A stretch of 64,000 nt of DNA, from positions 6,460 through 70,459 of the forward strand of contig CANFST010000012.1 in the NCBI GenBank assembly GCA_947449695.1. Reading direction: 5' to 3'. This DNA is from Chitinophagales bacterium. Its GTDB lineage: Bacteria; Bacteroidota; Bacteroidia; Chitinophagales; CAIODY01. The notes under the pieces were generated by a model, which did no database searches, was not told the DNA's origin, and saw nothing but the letters and a program-made list of their open reading frames with translations. The position numbers were made by a program, and so were the translations under genes. Each line of letters begins with the position of its first letter. Positions within the stretch are counted from its first letter, which is position 1. Shown here piece after piece: positions 18,507 through 27,831 of the stretch.

Positions 18507-19991
18507 TCAATGTAATTGGTAATTAATAACATATAAATAAGGATAGATTAAAACATAATCAGGCAATACATATTCTCCGTGGTTGCAGAAAGCTGCAACT
18601 TTCATTTTTTTATTTTCAAGTATTTTCAAATCTGTTGAGGATATTAATTTTTGGTAAGCAGTGATAGATGGGTTATAAAACATTAAATCTACTTGCTGGC
18701 AGAATGGTAAATTAATTACTATTTTAACATCAGGAGGCAGAATATTATTCAATTGTTTATAGATATTTGTATTGTAAATTTTTGAATTTCGTTCAGGTGA
18801 ATAATTGGTCCGTAACCAAAGATCAATCGGGTTAAGGCTATCGAACAATACTATTAAGCATAAACCAACAAATATTATTCTTTTTGATTTAAAAAAAATG
18901 AAAAAATAGTTTAATGAAATAGCTGCAAATACCAATCCAATTGGTGCAACACAATAAAAAAAAGCGATCATTTTCGTAGTGACTACAAACGAGAAAAAAC
19001 AAAAAGCAATGCTAAATAAAAGTAAAAGATGAAAACCTGTTTGTCTGTTTAGTTTATTATCAATTATAAAAATCAGCACACCTGAAAAAAACAATACGGA
19101 ACCAATAATGCCGAAATAATCAAAAAAATTATTAAAATAATACCACCCATTTCCTTCATGACCTTCTAGTGCTTCCCAGATATGTCTGTTATTGAAATCG
19201 TTTTCAAATTTCGCTTCAACAGGAAAACGGTGATAACAATATAATTGCCATGGCATGAAAACAAGCGCACAAACCGTTAGACTTATAAGGAATGGAATAA
19301 CTGATTTGTAATTTCTGTTTTGATAGAAATCAAATATCAATTTTGTTCCCCATGCTGCATAAATTAATAAACCTGTGAGCCATTTATTTAAAATGGCACC
19401 CCCAGCTAATATTCCAATTACATATATCCATTTCCAATGGGACCGATGCAGATATTCAACATAAGCCCAAATGCTTGCTAACAGATAAAACCCAAATGCA
19501 ACATCGTTGTGATCTGTACATTGTCTGCCCGAAATTAATTGCCATTGAAAATGAGAAAAACAAAGAAGAGTGGCTGAAAATAAAGCTGTCAATCTGTTTT
19601 TGGTAAATAAAATTGAGATGCGATAAACTAATAAAATCATTAGTGAAGACATAATTGCGCTAGGCAATCTAATCGCCCATTCATGGCAACCAAAACATTT
19701 AAGACTTAGTGCTATTTGCCATAAAAATAAAGGCGGTTTATGCAACCAAATATGATTACTTGACCAATCTGAAACCTTATATCCAACTACAGGATTACCA
19801 ACCAGCATGGGTTGCAGAGGATGCATCAACATATTTTGAGCAACTAGTGCATGAAATCGTTCATCCCAGTCTTGTAAAAATGGGTCAAGATGAATTAGCC
19901 ACAATCGTGATAAAAAGCCAATTAAAAAAATAATGATTAGGGCTGAATTGTTTTTAATTTTCTCAACCAAAAAGGAAAAATTAATTGCCAC
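18507..19991 (-). CDS. GT-C fold glycosyltransferase, family 39/ArnT/PMT-like
   Basis: 494 aa polytopic protein. N-terminal LIGFLSRLWLIHLDPFLQDWDERFHA has the acidic first-loop motif typical of the PMT_2/GT39 class. Confidence 0.62.
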   Translation of the reverse strand: MAINFSFLVEKIKNNSALIIIFLIGFLSRLWLIHLDPFLQDWDERFHALVAQNMLMHPLQPMLVGNPVVGYKVSDWSSNHIWLHKPPLFLWQIALSLKCFGCHEWAIRLPSAIMSSLMILLVYRISILFTKNRLTALFSATLLCFSHFQWQLISGRQCTDHNDVAFGFYLLASIWAYVEYLHRSHWKWIYVIGILAGGAILNKWLTGLLIYAAWGTKLIFDFYQNRNYKSVIPFLISLTVCALVFMPWQLYCYHRFPVEAKFENDFNNRHIWEALEGHEGNGWYYFNNFFDYFGIIGSVLFFSGVLIFIIDNKLNRQTGFHLLLLFSIAFCFFSFVVTTKMIAFFYCVAPIGLVFAAISLNYFFIFFKSKRIIFVGLCLIVLFDSLNPIDLWLRTNYSPERNSKIYNTNIYKQLNNILPPDVKIVINLPFCQQVDLMFYNPSITAYQKLISSTDLKILENKKMKVAAFCNHGEYVLPDYVLIYPYLYVINYQLH

Positions 19992-20022
19992 TTCTTAAGA
20001 ATAGATTTTTAAATAAAAAGCT

Positions 20023-21042
20023 TTAATGATGATAAATTTCAACTAAAAATCGTTCATCAATAGCATCTAAATAAATAGCCGCATCATGCGATATTTTAAT
20101 AGAGCATCGTGTGTTGCCAACCAACTCAGGAATTTTACCCAATATCTTTACATATACTTCATTGTCATTCATTGGGTTTTTTAATTTCACAATGGTTCCT
20201 ACCTTCAAATCATTATGAAATGCATAAAATCCTTTTTGATAATTACCAACTGAATCAGGTATCATTCCTAATGCAGTGCCTTTTTCGAAGGTTTCGGCAG
20301 CTTCAGTTTTCGCATATAATTTTTCAAATATCTTTTGCTGCGCTGATGCTATTTTCGGCTTAGCTAAAGAATCCGCAATGGTATTTGGTTTTAACGTGTC
20401 TTTTTTGACAAGCAGCAATACTTCTTTTTTTATTGTATCTTTTTTTATAACAGTTTTTGGTGCAGATGGTGGCACTAAATCAATATTAAAAGTAGCTAAA
20501 TAGCCCACTAATAAATGACGTTTTGATTTAAAATCAACTTCGTTCTTTTTCAAAAATTCATCCCAAAGTTTAGCGTCAATCGGTAAAACAGTTTTCAAAT
20601 ATTTTTTTGAAAGCTGGTGAGTAGGTTCGATGTATAAATTTTGATAACTGATTTCTTTTTTGGTTTTAGAGGTTTGCAAAACAAAATTTTTTCGATTAAG
20701 CGGAATGAATAGTTCAACGCCTTTTGAAATTGAATCCCCCTCCAAATTATTCATCTTTTTAAGTTCTTGCACCGAAGTTTGGTAGTATTTGCTGATTCGA
20801 TATAGATTTTGACGAACGGCTACGGCATGCACTATATAAGCTTTGTCACCAATCAAAGTAATGGTTCGTAAAGATTGACCGATTGTTATTTTACAAACAA
20901 TAAAACAGAAAAATAGTATGCTGATTGTTTTTTTCAAGTGTTCAAAAATACGAACTACCCCTCTGATTTTTTTTGAATTTTGGAGATTAAATAAAATACT
21001 ACTTTTGCGTTCACAATAAAATATACGTTCAAACCACTTCAT
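20023..21042 (-). CDS. LysM domain-containing secreted protein
   Basis: LysM motif YIVHAVAVRQNLYRISKYYQTSVQELKKMNNLEGDSISKGVELFIP. The true start is probably TTG at 20937, giving MKKTISILFFCFIVC... as a signal peptide (see findings). Confidence 0.65.
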   Translation of the reverse strand: MKWFERIFYCERKSSILFNLQNSKKIRGVVRIFEHLKKTISILFFCFIVCKITIGQSLRTITLIGDKAYIVHAVAVRQNLYRISKYYQTSVQELKKMNNLEGDSISKGVELFIPLNRKNFVLQTSKTKKEISYQNLYIEPTHQLSKKYLKTVLPIDAKLWDEFLKKNEVDFKSKRHLLVGYLATFNIDLVPPSAPKTVIKKDTIKKEVLLLVKKDTLKPNTIADSLAKPKIASAQQKIFEKLYAKTEAAETFEKGTALGMIPDSVGNYQKGFYAFHNDLKVGTIVKLKNPMNDNEVYVKILGKIPELVGNTRCSIKISHDAAIYLDAIDERFLVEIYHH

Positions 21043-21043
21043 T

Positions 21044-22369
21044 TTGATTCATAAGAAAATTTATAGCCTTTTTATTGTTGCTATTTTGAGTTGCATGGCA
21101 GCAATGGTTATTTCATCATGTGCGAATCAAAAAGCGCACAAGCATCATAAAAAGAAAAAGCATGTTGTACATCGTGAAGAAGCTGAAGCGCAGGACACTA
21201 TTCCTGCCCCATATCACTATAAATACAAGATGGAGAAATTAACACATGCCGATTCGTTTCAAATAAAACCTGTATATAAAGTTGCTTTAATTTTGCCATT
21301 TGATTTAGATTCATTTTATCCTAATAGATCTGCCATTGCTTTTAATAACATTCCCAAAGCTGTTTACCCAGCATTAGATTTTTATGAGGGTTGTTTAGTG
21401 GCTGTTGATTCATTTAAAAATACCAAAGTAAATATTGAGTTGAATGTGATCGATTATAGCAACAGGCACAATTTTGAAACTATTGCTGCTAAATACAAAT
21501 TGAATGAAATGGATTTGCTGTTAGGCACTTTAAATAGCTCAGATGCTAGAGTAGTAGCTGATTTTGCTAAGACAAATAAAATAAATTTTGTATCGCCAGT
21601 TGCAAGCAGTTTTGTGCCCGAATTTAATCCTTATTATTTGGCTTTGAATCCGAATGTTGCTAATCAGCAAATAAAATTGCTTGAAATTATTGAGCAAAAA
21701 TATGGTAATGAATTGAACACTTTGGTGATTAGACAAAATAATGCAGCCGAAGAGAATGTAGCGTCAGCAAGCATTTCGAATGTAATGAAAAAATTTGCAG
21801 GTGCTCATCCTGTTGAGTTGATATTACCGAGCAGAACAGCTGTTGATTCAATTGTGGCTGAGTTGGATTCAATCAAACACAATGTGGTTTTTTTAGCATC
21901 CAATGATTGGGTATTTGCAAATGCAGTTTTGAAAAAATTATCAATTGTGGCTAATCATTACCCAATAACAGTTTTAGGCATGCCATCTTGGATAAATCAT
22001 GATAATTTAAAAAATGCGGTAGGCAAAAATTTAGAAGTTTTGTTCACTAATTCATATTTGCTTAATCGTACAAATTACGAGTATCAAAGATTCCATCGGA
22101 ATTTTACTAATCGCTATCATATTCGTCCAAGTGAATTGGCTATTCGTGGTTATACTACAATGCTTTTATGTGGTGCTATGCTTCAACAATACGGTGCCAG
22201 ATTTAATTATTTTATGCACGATGTATATCCTTTGCTATATGGCAAATTGCAACTTAAACCAGTTTGGGGTAAAGAACGTAAACGAACTTATATTCAATAT
22301 TTCAATAATCAGGAATTGGAGGTAATGCGATTAAATAACAATGGTATTCAGCTTTACAAAGCCCAATAG
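21044..22369 (+). CDS. Periplasmic-binding-protein (type 1, LivK-like) fold lipoprotein
   Basis: TTG start. Signal peptide with lipobox VISSC. The body resembles the Bacteroidota PBP1-type protein often paired with a LysM protein. Weak assignment. Confidence 0.5.
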   Translation: MIHKKIYSLFIVAILSCMAAMVISSCANQKAHKHHKKKKHVVHREEAEAQDTIPAPYHYKYKMEKLTHADSFQIKPVYKVALILPFDLDSFYPNRSAIAFNNIPKAVYPALDFYEGCLVAVDSFKNTKVNIELNVIDYSNRHNFETIAAKYKLNEMDLLLGTLNSSDARVVADFAKTNKINFVSPVASSFVPEFNPYYLALNPNVANQQIKLLEIIEQKYGNELNTLVIRQNNAAEENVASASISNVMKKFAGAHPVELILPSRTAVDSIVAELDSIKHNVVFLASNDWVFANAVLKKLSIVANHYPITVLGMPSWINHDNLKNAVGKNLEVLFTNSYLLNRTNYEYQRFHRNFTNRYHIRPSELAIRGYTTMLLCGAMLQQYGARFNYFMHDVYPLLYGKLQLKPVWGKERKRTYIQYFNNQELEVMRLNNNGIQLYKAQ

Positions 22370-22415
22370 TTTTAGCTTTAAATATTATGGAATAAGTTTT
22401 TTTTGATTATAAATT

Positions 22416-24818
22416 TTAGTTCCTCAATGGTTTTCCACTCGTCAAAATACTTTGCAAACGCTCCATTGATTTTTTAGTAGTTACCAAACTCAAAAATGCT
22501 TCTCGTTCTAAATCCAATAAATATTGTTCGTTCACTAAAGTAGCAGAAGTTAAATCGCCACCACACATCACGTAAGCTAATTTTTGTGCAATCAATAAAT
22601 CATGTGCGCTAATGTAGCCGCCTTCCATCATGGCGTAAGCACCTGAATACATCGGTCCTAAAGCCATTCTGCCCAACACTTTGATGTCTTCTCGGTGTTT
22701 TGGTTGCACATAACCTTGTTCTACCATTTTCAGAATTTCAGTTTTTGCCTCCGCAATTACACGATTTGAATTCATCACAATTTTGTCGTGTCCTTTTCTT
22801 AAAATTCCCAAACCAAAAGCTTCGTGTGCACTTGTAGAAACCTTTGCCATGGCTATATCCATGAATCGTTTTTGTAAAGTGGGTAATTGCACATCACCTT
22901 CAAAATATGAATCACTTGCTCTCAAAGCAAACTCTTTTGAGCCACCACCAGCAGGAATAATTCCTACGCCAACTTCCACCATTCCGATATAAGTTTCGGC
23001 GGCAGCTACAGCCATATCGCTGTGCATCGTAAATTCGCAAGCACCTCCCAACGCAAGCCCATGTGGTGCCACAACTACTGGAATAGATGAATAACGAATG
23101 CGCATCGAAGTGTTTTGGAACATGCGAACAGCCATATCCAACTCATCATATTCTTGTTCCAATGCCAACATAAACATCATCGCTACATTTGCGCCAGCGC
23201 TAAAATTTGCGCCATCATTTCCAATAATTAAACCAGCATAATTTTGCTCTGCTAATTCAATTGCTTTCATCACTCCGCTCAAAACTTCACCACCCACCGA
23301 ATTCATTTTTGTAGTGAACTCCACATTTAAAACCCCGTCGCCAATGTGTTTTACCAACACACCGCTATTTTGCCAAACAATATTTTCTTTGAAATTTTCA
23401 AGAATAATGAATGAAGATGTGCCAGGAATTACCTCATATTTTTTGGTAACAATATTGTAGAATTTCCTTTCGCCATTTTCGCTTTTATAAAATGTTGTGT
23501 TACCATTTTGCAGCATTTCATTCGCCCAATTTGGAATGGTAAAATTGAAAGCGGCAAACATGGATATTGTGTTTTGCAAACCAATGGTATCCCAAATTTC
23601 AAAAGTGCCTAAATCCCAGCCAAATCCAGCTTTCAAGGCATCATCCACTTGATATAAATGATCAGCTATTTCAGGAATTCTATTCGATGCATAAGCAAAC
23701 AACCCCAAATAACTTTCACGATAAAAATCACCAGCTTTATCTTTTGCTGCAAATAAAATTTTTATTCTTTCTTTCAAATTATCTTGCTGTTTTGCATCAG
23801 CAATTGCTTTGAATTTTGGTTTTGAAGATGATTTGTAATCCAACGTGTTTACATCCAAAACAAGAATTTCACTTTTGCCTTTTTCATTTTTTACTTTCTT
23901 GTAAAAGCCTTGTCCCGTCTTATCTCCCAGCCATTTGTTGTCATTCATTTTGGCAACATAAGTTGGGATTTCAAACAAATTTTTCTGTTCATCATTCGGG
24001 CAATTTTGCGACAAACCATTTGCCACTTTTATCAAAGTATCTAAACCAACTACATCACAAGTTCTGAATGTTGCAGATTTTGGTCTGCCACAAACTGTGC
24101 CTGTTAGAGAATCAATTTCTTCTACATTTAATTGCAATTTCTGCATCAAATGAAAGGTCTGCATAATGCCGTAAACTCCAATTCTGTTAGCAATAAACGC
24201 CGGAGTATCTTTACAATGCACTGTTGTTTTTCCTAAATACAAATCGCCATAGTGCATCAAAAAATCAACCACTTCGGTTTTCGTTTTAGGCGTTGGAATG
24301 ATTTCAAATAATTTCAAATAACGTGGCGGATTGAAGAAATGCGTACCGCAAAAATGTTGCTGAAAATCTTCGCTTCTGCCTTCTAACATCAAATGAATTG
24401 GAATGCCTGAAGTATTAGAACTAATCAATGTTCCAGGCTTTCTATATTTTTCAACTTCAGTAAAAATAGTTTTTTTAATATCCAGATTTTCAACCACAGC
24501 TTCAATAATCCAATCGGCATTACTGATGGATTTCATATCGTCAGTAAAATTTCCAGTGGTAATTCTTGAAGCAAAATCTTTTTGATACAAAGCCGCAGGA
24601 TTGGCTTTGAACGTGGCTTGCAAAGCATCGTTCACAATTCTATTCTTCACATTTTTATTATCCAATGCTAAGCCCTTTGCTTTTTCAGCATCGTTCAATT
24701 CTTTAGGTGCAATATCTAACAACAACACTTCCAAACCAATGTTGGCAAAGTGACAAGCGATACGACTGCCCATTACTCCACTCCCTAAAACTGCTACTTT
24801 TTTTATTGTGCGATTCAT
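22416..24818 (-). CDS. Bifunctional 3-hydroxyacyl-CoA dehydrogenase / enoyl-CoA hydratase
   Basis: N-terminal Rossmann VAVLGSGVMGSRIA and a C-terminal crotonase-like region (GNDGANFSAGANV). Start at ATG 24818; the 28-codon upstream extension of the ORF is rejected. Confidence 0.87.
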   Translation of the reverse strand: MNRTIKKVAVLGSGVMGSRIACHFANIGLEVLLLDIAPKELNDAEKAKGLALDNKNVKNRIVNDALQATFKANPAALYQKDFASRITTGNFTDDMKSISNADWIIEAVVENLDIKKTIFTEVEKYRKPGTLISSNTSGIPIHLMLEGRSEDFQQHFCGTHFFNPPRYLKLFEIIPTPKTKTEVVDFLMHYGDLYLGKTTVHCKDTPAFIANRIGVYGIMQTFHLMQKLQLNVEEIDSLTGTVCGRPKSATFRTCDVVGLDTLIKVANGLSQNCPNDEQKNLFEIPTYVAKMNDNKWLGDKTGQGFYKKVKNEKGKSEILVLDVNTLDYKSSSKPKFKAIADAKQQDNLKERIKILFAAKDKAGDFYRESYLGLFAYASNRIPEIADHLYQVDDALKAGFGWDLGTFEIWDTIGLQNTISMFAAFNFTIPNWANEMLQNGNTTFYKSENGERKFYNIVTKKYEVIPGTSSFIILENFKENIVWQNSGVLVKHIGDGVLNVEFTTKMNSVGGEVLSGVMKAIELAEQNYAGLIIGNDGANFSAGANVAMMFMLALEQEYDELDMAVRMFQNTSMRIRYSSIPVVVAPHGLALGGACEFTMHSDMAVAAAETYIGMVEVGVGIIPAGGGSKEFALRASDSYFEGDVQLPTLQKRFMDIAMAKVSTSAHEAFGLGILRKGHDKIVMNSNRVIAEAKTEILKMVEQGYVQPKHREDIKVLGRMALGPMYSGAYAMMEGGYISAHDLLIAQKLAYVMCGGDLTSATLVNEQYLLDLEREAFLSLVTTKKSMERLQSILTSGKPLRN

Positions 24819-24922
24819 CTTTTGAAATTTGAAGTGAAAATAGATAAAAACAAAAGGATGGAATATTATTGAAGAATTAACTTTCTTTGAGTTTATAAAC
24901 AACAGAATTAAAAAATAGACGA

Positions 24923-25306
24923 TTGAAAAAGCTTGAATATTCCATATTTACCATTGTATTTTTTTTCGGAATGTTTTTCTTAAAGGCGCAAACGATACAA
25001 CCTGATTGGAAAAAATTTCAATCAGGTCAAGCTTCGTATTATAGCCGTCGGTGCAACGGAGTAAAGACTTCGAGCGGAAAAATTTTAAATGCAGATAGTT
25101 TGGTATGTGCTCATCGAAGTCTGCCATTTGGCACCAAAGTAAAAGTCATTAATTTGAAAAATGGAAAATCAGTAATTGTGAAAGTAATTGACCGTGGCCC
25201 TTTTGGAAAAGGAAGAGTGATTGATGTAAGCTATGCTGCTGCTGATAGTTTGGGATTAATAAAGAGTGGTGTGGCGCAAGTGGAATTGTGGCTTCAAAAA
25301 CCTTGA
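24923..25306 (+). CDS. rlpA: RlpA-like septal ring lytic transglycosylase family (DPBB domain) protein
   Basis: TTG start with a good signal peptide. GQASYYSRRCNGVKTSSGKILN...AHRSLPFGTKVKVINLKNGKSVIVKVIDRGPF. Confidence 0.8.
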   Translation: MKKLEYSIFTIVFFFGMFFLKAQTIQPDWKKFQSGQASYYSRRCNGVKTSSGKILNADSLVCAHRSLPFGTKVKVINLKNGKSVIVKVIDRGPFGKGRVIDVSYAAADSLGLIKSGVAQVELWLQKP

Positions 25307-25384
25307 TGCAGTTAAATTTAATCATTAAGTTTATTGATTAAGATTATTTATTTATAAAAGTTCCCCAAACTTTTTTCCAAGCCT

Positions 25385-25392
25385 TATTTTTG
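25385..25392 (+). promoter_or_regulatory. Candidate -7 box (TAttTTTG) for aspS
   Basis: TAnnTTTG match, 18 nt upstream of ATG 25411. Confidence 0.4.
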
Positions 25393-25410
25393 CCATTCAA
25401 TTTTTAAAAG

Positions 25411-27228
25411 ATGTACAGAACAAAAACTTGTGGAGAGTTGCGAATAGCTGATGTTGCAAAGGTTGTAACACTTTGTGGATGGATTCAGAAAATCCGCAAA
25501 ATGGGCGCTTTAACTTTTATTGATTTACGCGACAGATATGGCATTACACAAATTGTTTTAGATGAATCGAAAAATCCAGAACTGCTGAAAACTGCATTGG
25601 GAAGAGAGTTTGTGATTCAAGCCAAAGGCAACGTGATTGAACGCAGCAGTAAAAATCAAAACATTGCAACAGGTGAAATTGAACTGGAAGTTACTGAATT
25701 GAATGTGTTGAATGCAGCATTAACACCTCCTTTCACTATTGAAGATGATACCGATGGTGGTGAAGATTTGCGCATGAAATATCGTTATCTGGATTTGCGC
25801 AGAAATCCTGTAAAACAAAATATGATGTTGCGTTATGGAGTGAACCGTGAGGTGAGAAATTATTTACACGACCAGGGATTTTTGGATATTGAAACACCAT
25901 TCTTAATCAAATCTACGCCTGAAGGTGCAAGAGATTTTGTGGTGCCAAGCCGCATGAATCAAGGGGAGTTTTATGCGTTACCACAATCACCGCAGACTTT
26001 CAAACAATTGCTAATGGTGAGTGGTTACGACCGCTATTATCAAATCGTGAAATGCTTTCGTGATGAAGATTTGAGAGCTGACCGTCAACCAGAATTTACG
26101 CAAATTGATTGTGAAATGGCTTTTGTAGAACAAGAAGATATTTTGCAAATGTTTGAAGGTTTGATAAAGCACTTATTTAAAACCGTTAAAAATATTGACT
26201 ACACTGAAGTTGTACCACGAATGACCTGGGATGATGCGATGTGGAATTATGGCAATGACAAACCTGATATTCGATTTGAAATGAAATTGCAGAACTTAAA
26301 ATCGCTAGGAAAAGTGTTTGCTGATGTTTTGAATCAAACAGATTTCAAAGTATTTAATGATGCCGAAACAGTGATTGCGATTTGTGTTCCGAATGCTGCA
26401 GAATATTCCCGTAAACAAACTGATGAATTGATTGAATGGGTGAAGCGTCCGCAAATTGGTATGGGTGGTTTGGCTTTTTTGAAATGCGCTGCTGACGGAA
26501 CTTTCAAGAGTTCGTTTGATAAATTTTATGATGCAGAAAAATTAAAATCATTGGCTACATTTTGCAACGCAAAACCTAATGATTTGATTTTGATTTTAGC
26601 CGGAACAGAAGAAAAAACCCGTAAGGCTACTTCTGATTTACGCATGGAAATGGCTACACGATTAGGTTTCCGCAAACCAGATGAATTTAAATTGTTGTGG
26701 GTGTATGATTTCCCATTGTTTGAATTTGCATTGGAAGACCAGGATGGAGGCGGCGTAGGCCGTTGGGTGGCTCGTCATCATCCGTTCACTTCGCCAAAGC
26801 CTGAGCATATTGACATCATGGTGAACAACAGCCCGAAGGTGGAAAATCTGGAAAAATATTTAGAGCATCCTTATGCACAAATCAAAGCGAATGCTTATGA
26901 TTTGATTTTGAATGGGAATGAATTAGGTGGTGGTTCTATTCGTATTTTCCAAAAAGATTTGCAACAAAAAATGTTTGAAGCATTGGGCATGAGTGAAGAA
27001 GAAGCCAATCATAAATTCGGATTTTTATTGGGCGCATTTGAATATGGCGCACCACCGCATGGTGGCTTGGCATTTGGCTTTGACCGCTTATGTGCCTTAT
27101 TAGGTGGCAGCGAAATTATCCGTGATTTTATTGCCTTCCCAAAAAATAATTCAGGCAGAGATGTGATGATGGATTCGCCATCAACAATTGCTGAAAAGCA
27201 ATTGAAAGAGTTGGGGTTGAAAGGATAA
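25411..27228 (+). CDS. aspS: Aspartate--tRNA ligase
   Basis: Class II motifs [25 protein letters not shown] and GLAFGFDRL. Length 605 aa. Confidence 0.97.
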   Translation: MYRTKTCGELRIADVAKVVTLCGWIQKIRKMGALTFIDLRDRYGITQIVLDESKNPELLKTALGREFVIQAKGNVIERSSKNQNIATGEIELEVTELNVLNAALTPPFTIEDDTDGGEDLRMKYRYLDLRRNPVKQNMMLRYGVNREVRNYLHDQGFLDIETPFLIKSTPEGARDFVVPSRMNQGEFYALPQSPQTFKQLLMVSGYDRYYQIVKCFRDEDLRADRQPEFTQIDCEMAFVEQEDILQMFEGLIKHLFKTVKNIDYTEVVPRMTWDDAMWNYGNDKPDIRFEMKLQNLKSLGKVFADVLNQTDFKVFNDAETVIAICVPNAAEYSRKQTDELIEWVKRPQIGMGGLAFLKCAADGTFKSSFDKFYDAEKLKSLATFCNAKPNDLILILAGTEEKTRKATSDLRMEMATRLGFRKPDEFKLLWVYDFPLFEFALEDQDGGGVGRWVARHHPFTSPKPEHIDIMVNNSPKVENLEKYLEHPYAQIKANAYDLILNGNELGGGSIRIFQKDLQQKMFEALGMSEEEANHKFGFLLGAFEYGAPPHGGLAFGFDRLCALLGGSEIIRDFIAFPKNNSGRDVMMDSPSTIAEKQLKELGLKG

Positions 27229-27256
27229 TTCAAAAACAAAAATTCAAAATCAAAAA

Positions 27257-27643
27257 ATGAAAAAAATTGTAGAAGTAAAAATGGATGAATGCCTTTCTTC
27301 TTCTATTTACGACCCATCTCCTCACAGGTTCAGACCTAATGAGAAAAGTGTTTCTGACAGACAAGTTCCAATTCAATATCAGTGTGAAAATTGTGATTAC
27401 ATAATTTCTTTTAAAACAGAAGATTTTATGAAGCATACGAAATCTAGTTTTTCAAATTTAAAACCAGATGATTTTGAGTTGATAAAAACTTCTGAATTAA
27501 CAGGCAAAATATCATTCTTAGATTTTTATTGTCCGAAATGTAAACAAGCTACAGCAATCATTTTTGACGGGGGTATGGGTGGATATTGTGGTTATGAATT
27601 GAGAATTCAAAATGTTATCGTTATTAAAGAATCAGAATTTTAA
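27257..27643 (+). CDS. Hypothetical protein with two CxxC pairs (putative zinc ribbon)
   Basis: 128 aa containing CENC...CPKC. No family recognised. It starts 28 bp after aspS. Confidence 0.4.
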   Translation: MKKIVEVKMDECLSSSIYDPSPHRFRPNEKSVSDRQVPIQYQCENCDYIISFKTEDFMKHTKSSFSNLKPDDFELIKTSELTGKISFLDFYCPKCKQATAIIFDGGMGGYCGYELRIQNVIVIKESEF

Positions 27644-27766
27644 AGATTCTCAACAAGTTTAAGAACTCAAGAAAATCGATAGCGATTATTTTGGTGAGGA
27701 ATAGTTTTTTGAATATGAATATTTAATTCTCAAAAAAATCTTTCATTAAACCTGCATTCTATAAAT

Positions 27767-27811
27767 AAAAAAAAGCGATTTAGTTATGTGAATTCTAAAT
27801 CGCTTTTTTTA
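27767..27811. terminator. Bidirectional intrinsic terminator between the zinc-ribbon ORF and the OmpA-family gene
   Basis: gcgatttag (27775-27783) pairs with ctaaatcgc (27795-27803). An A-run precedes it and a T-run (27804-27810) follows. Confidence 0.75.
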
Positions 27812-27831
27812 TTCCTTAAAATTTCTGAAAT

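Noticed and set aside
24819-24902. 28-codon N-terminal extension of the 3-hydroxyacyl-CoA dehydrogenase ORF (MFINSKKVNSSIIFHPFVFIYFHFKFQK).
   Set aside because: The Rossmann fold starts right after the internal ATG at 24818 (MNRTIKKVAVLGSGVMG). The extension is AT-rich promoter-like sequence with no similarity to the family.
27230-27436. 68-aa minus-strand ORF at the aspS/zinc-ribbon junction, and the 89-aa plus-strand ORF at 27788-28057.
   Set aside because: Both are antisense to better-supported genes (the 128-aa CxxC ORF and the OmpA C-terminal domain) or span a terminator. No motifs are present.
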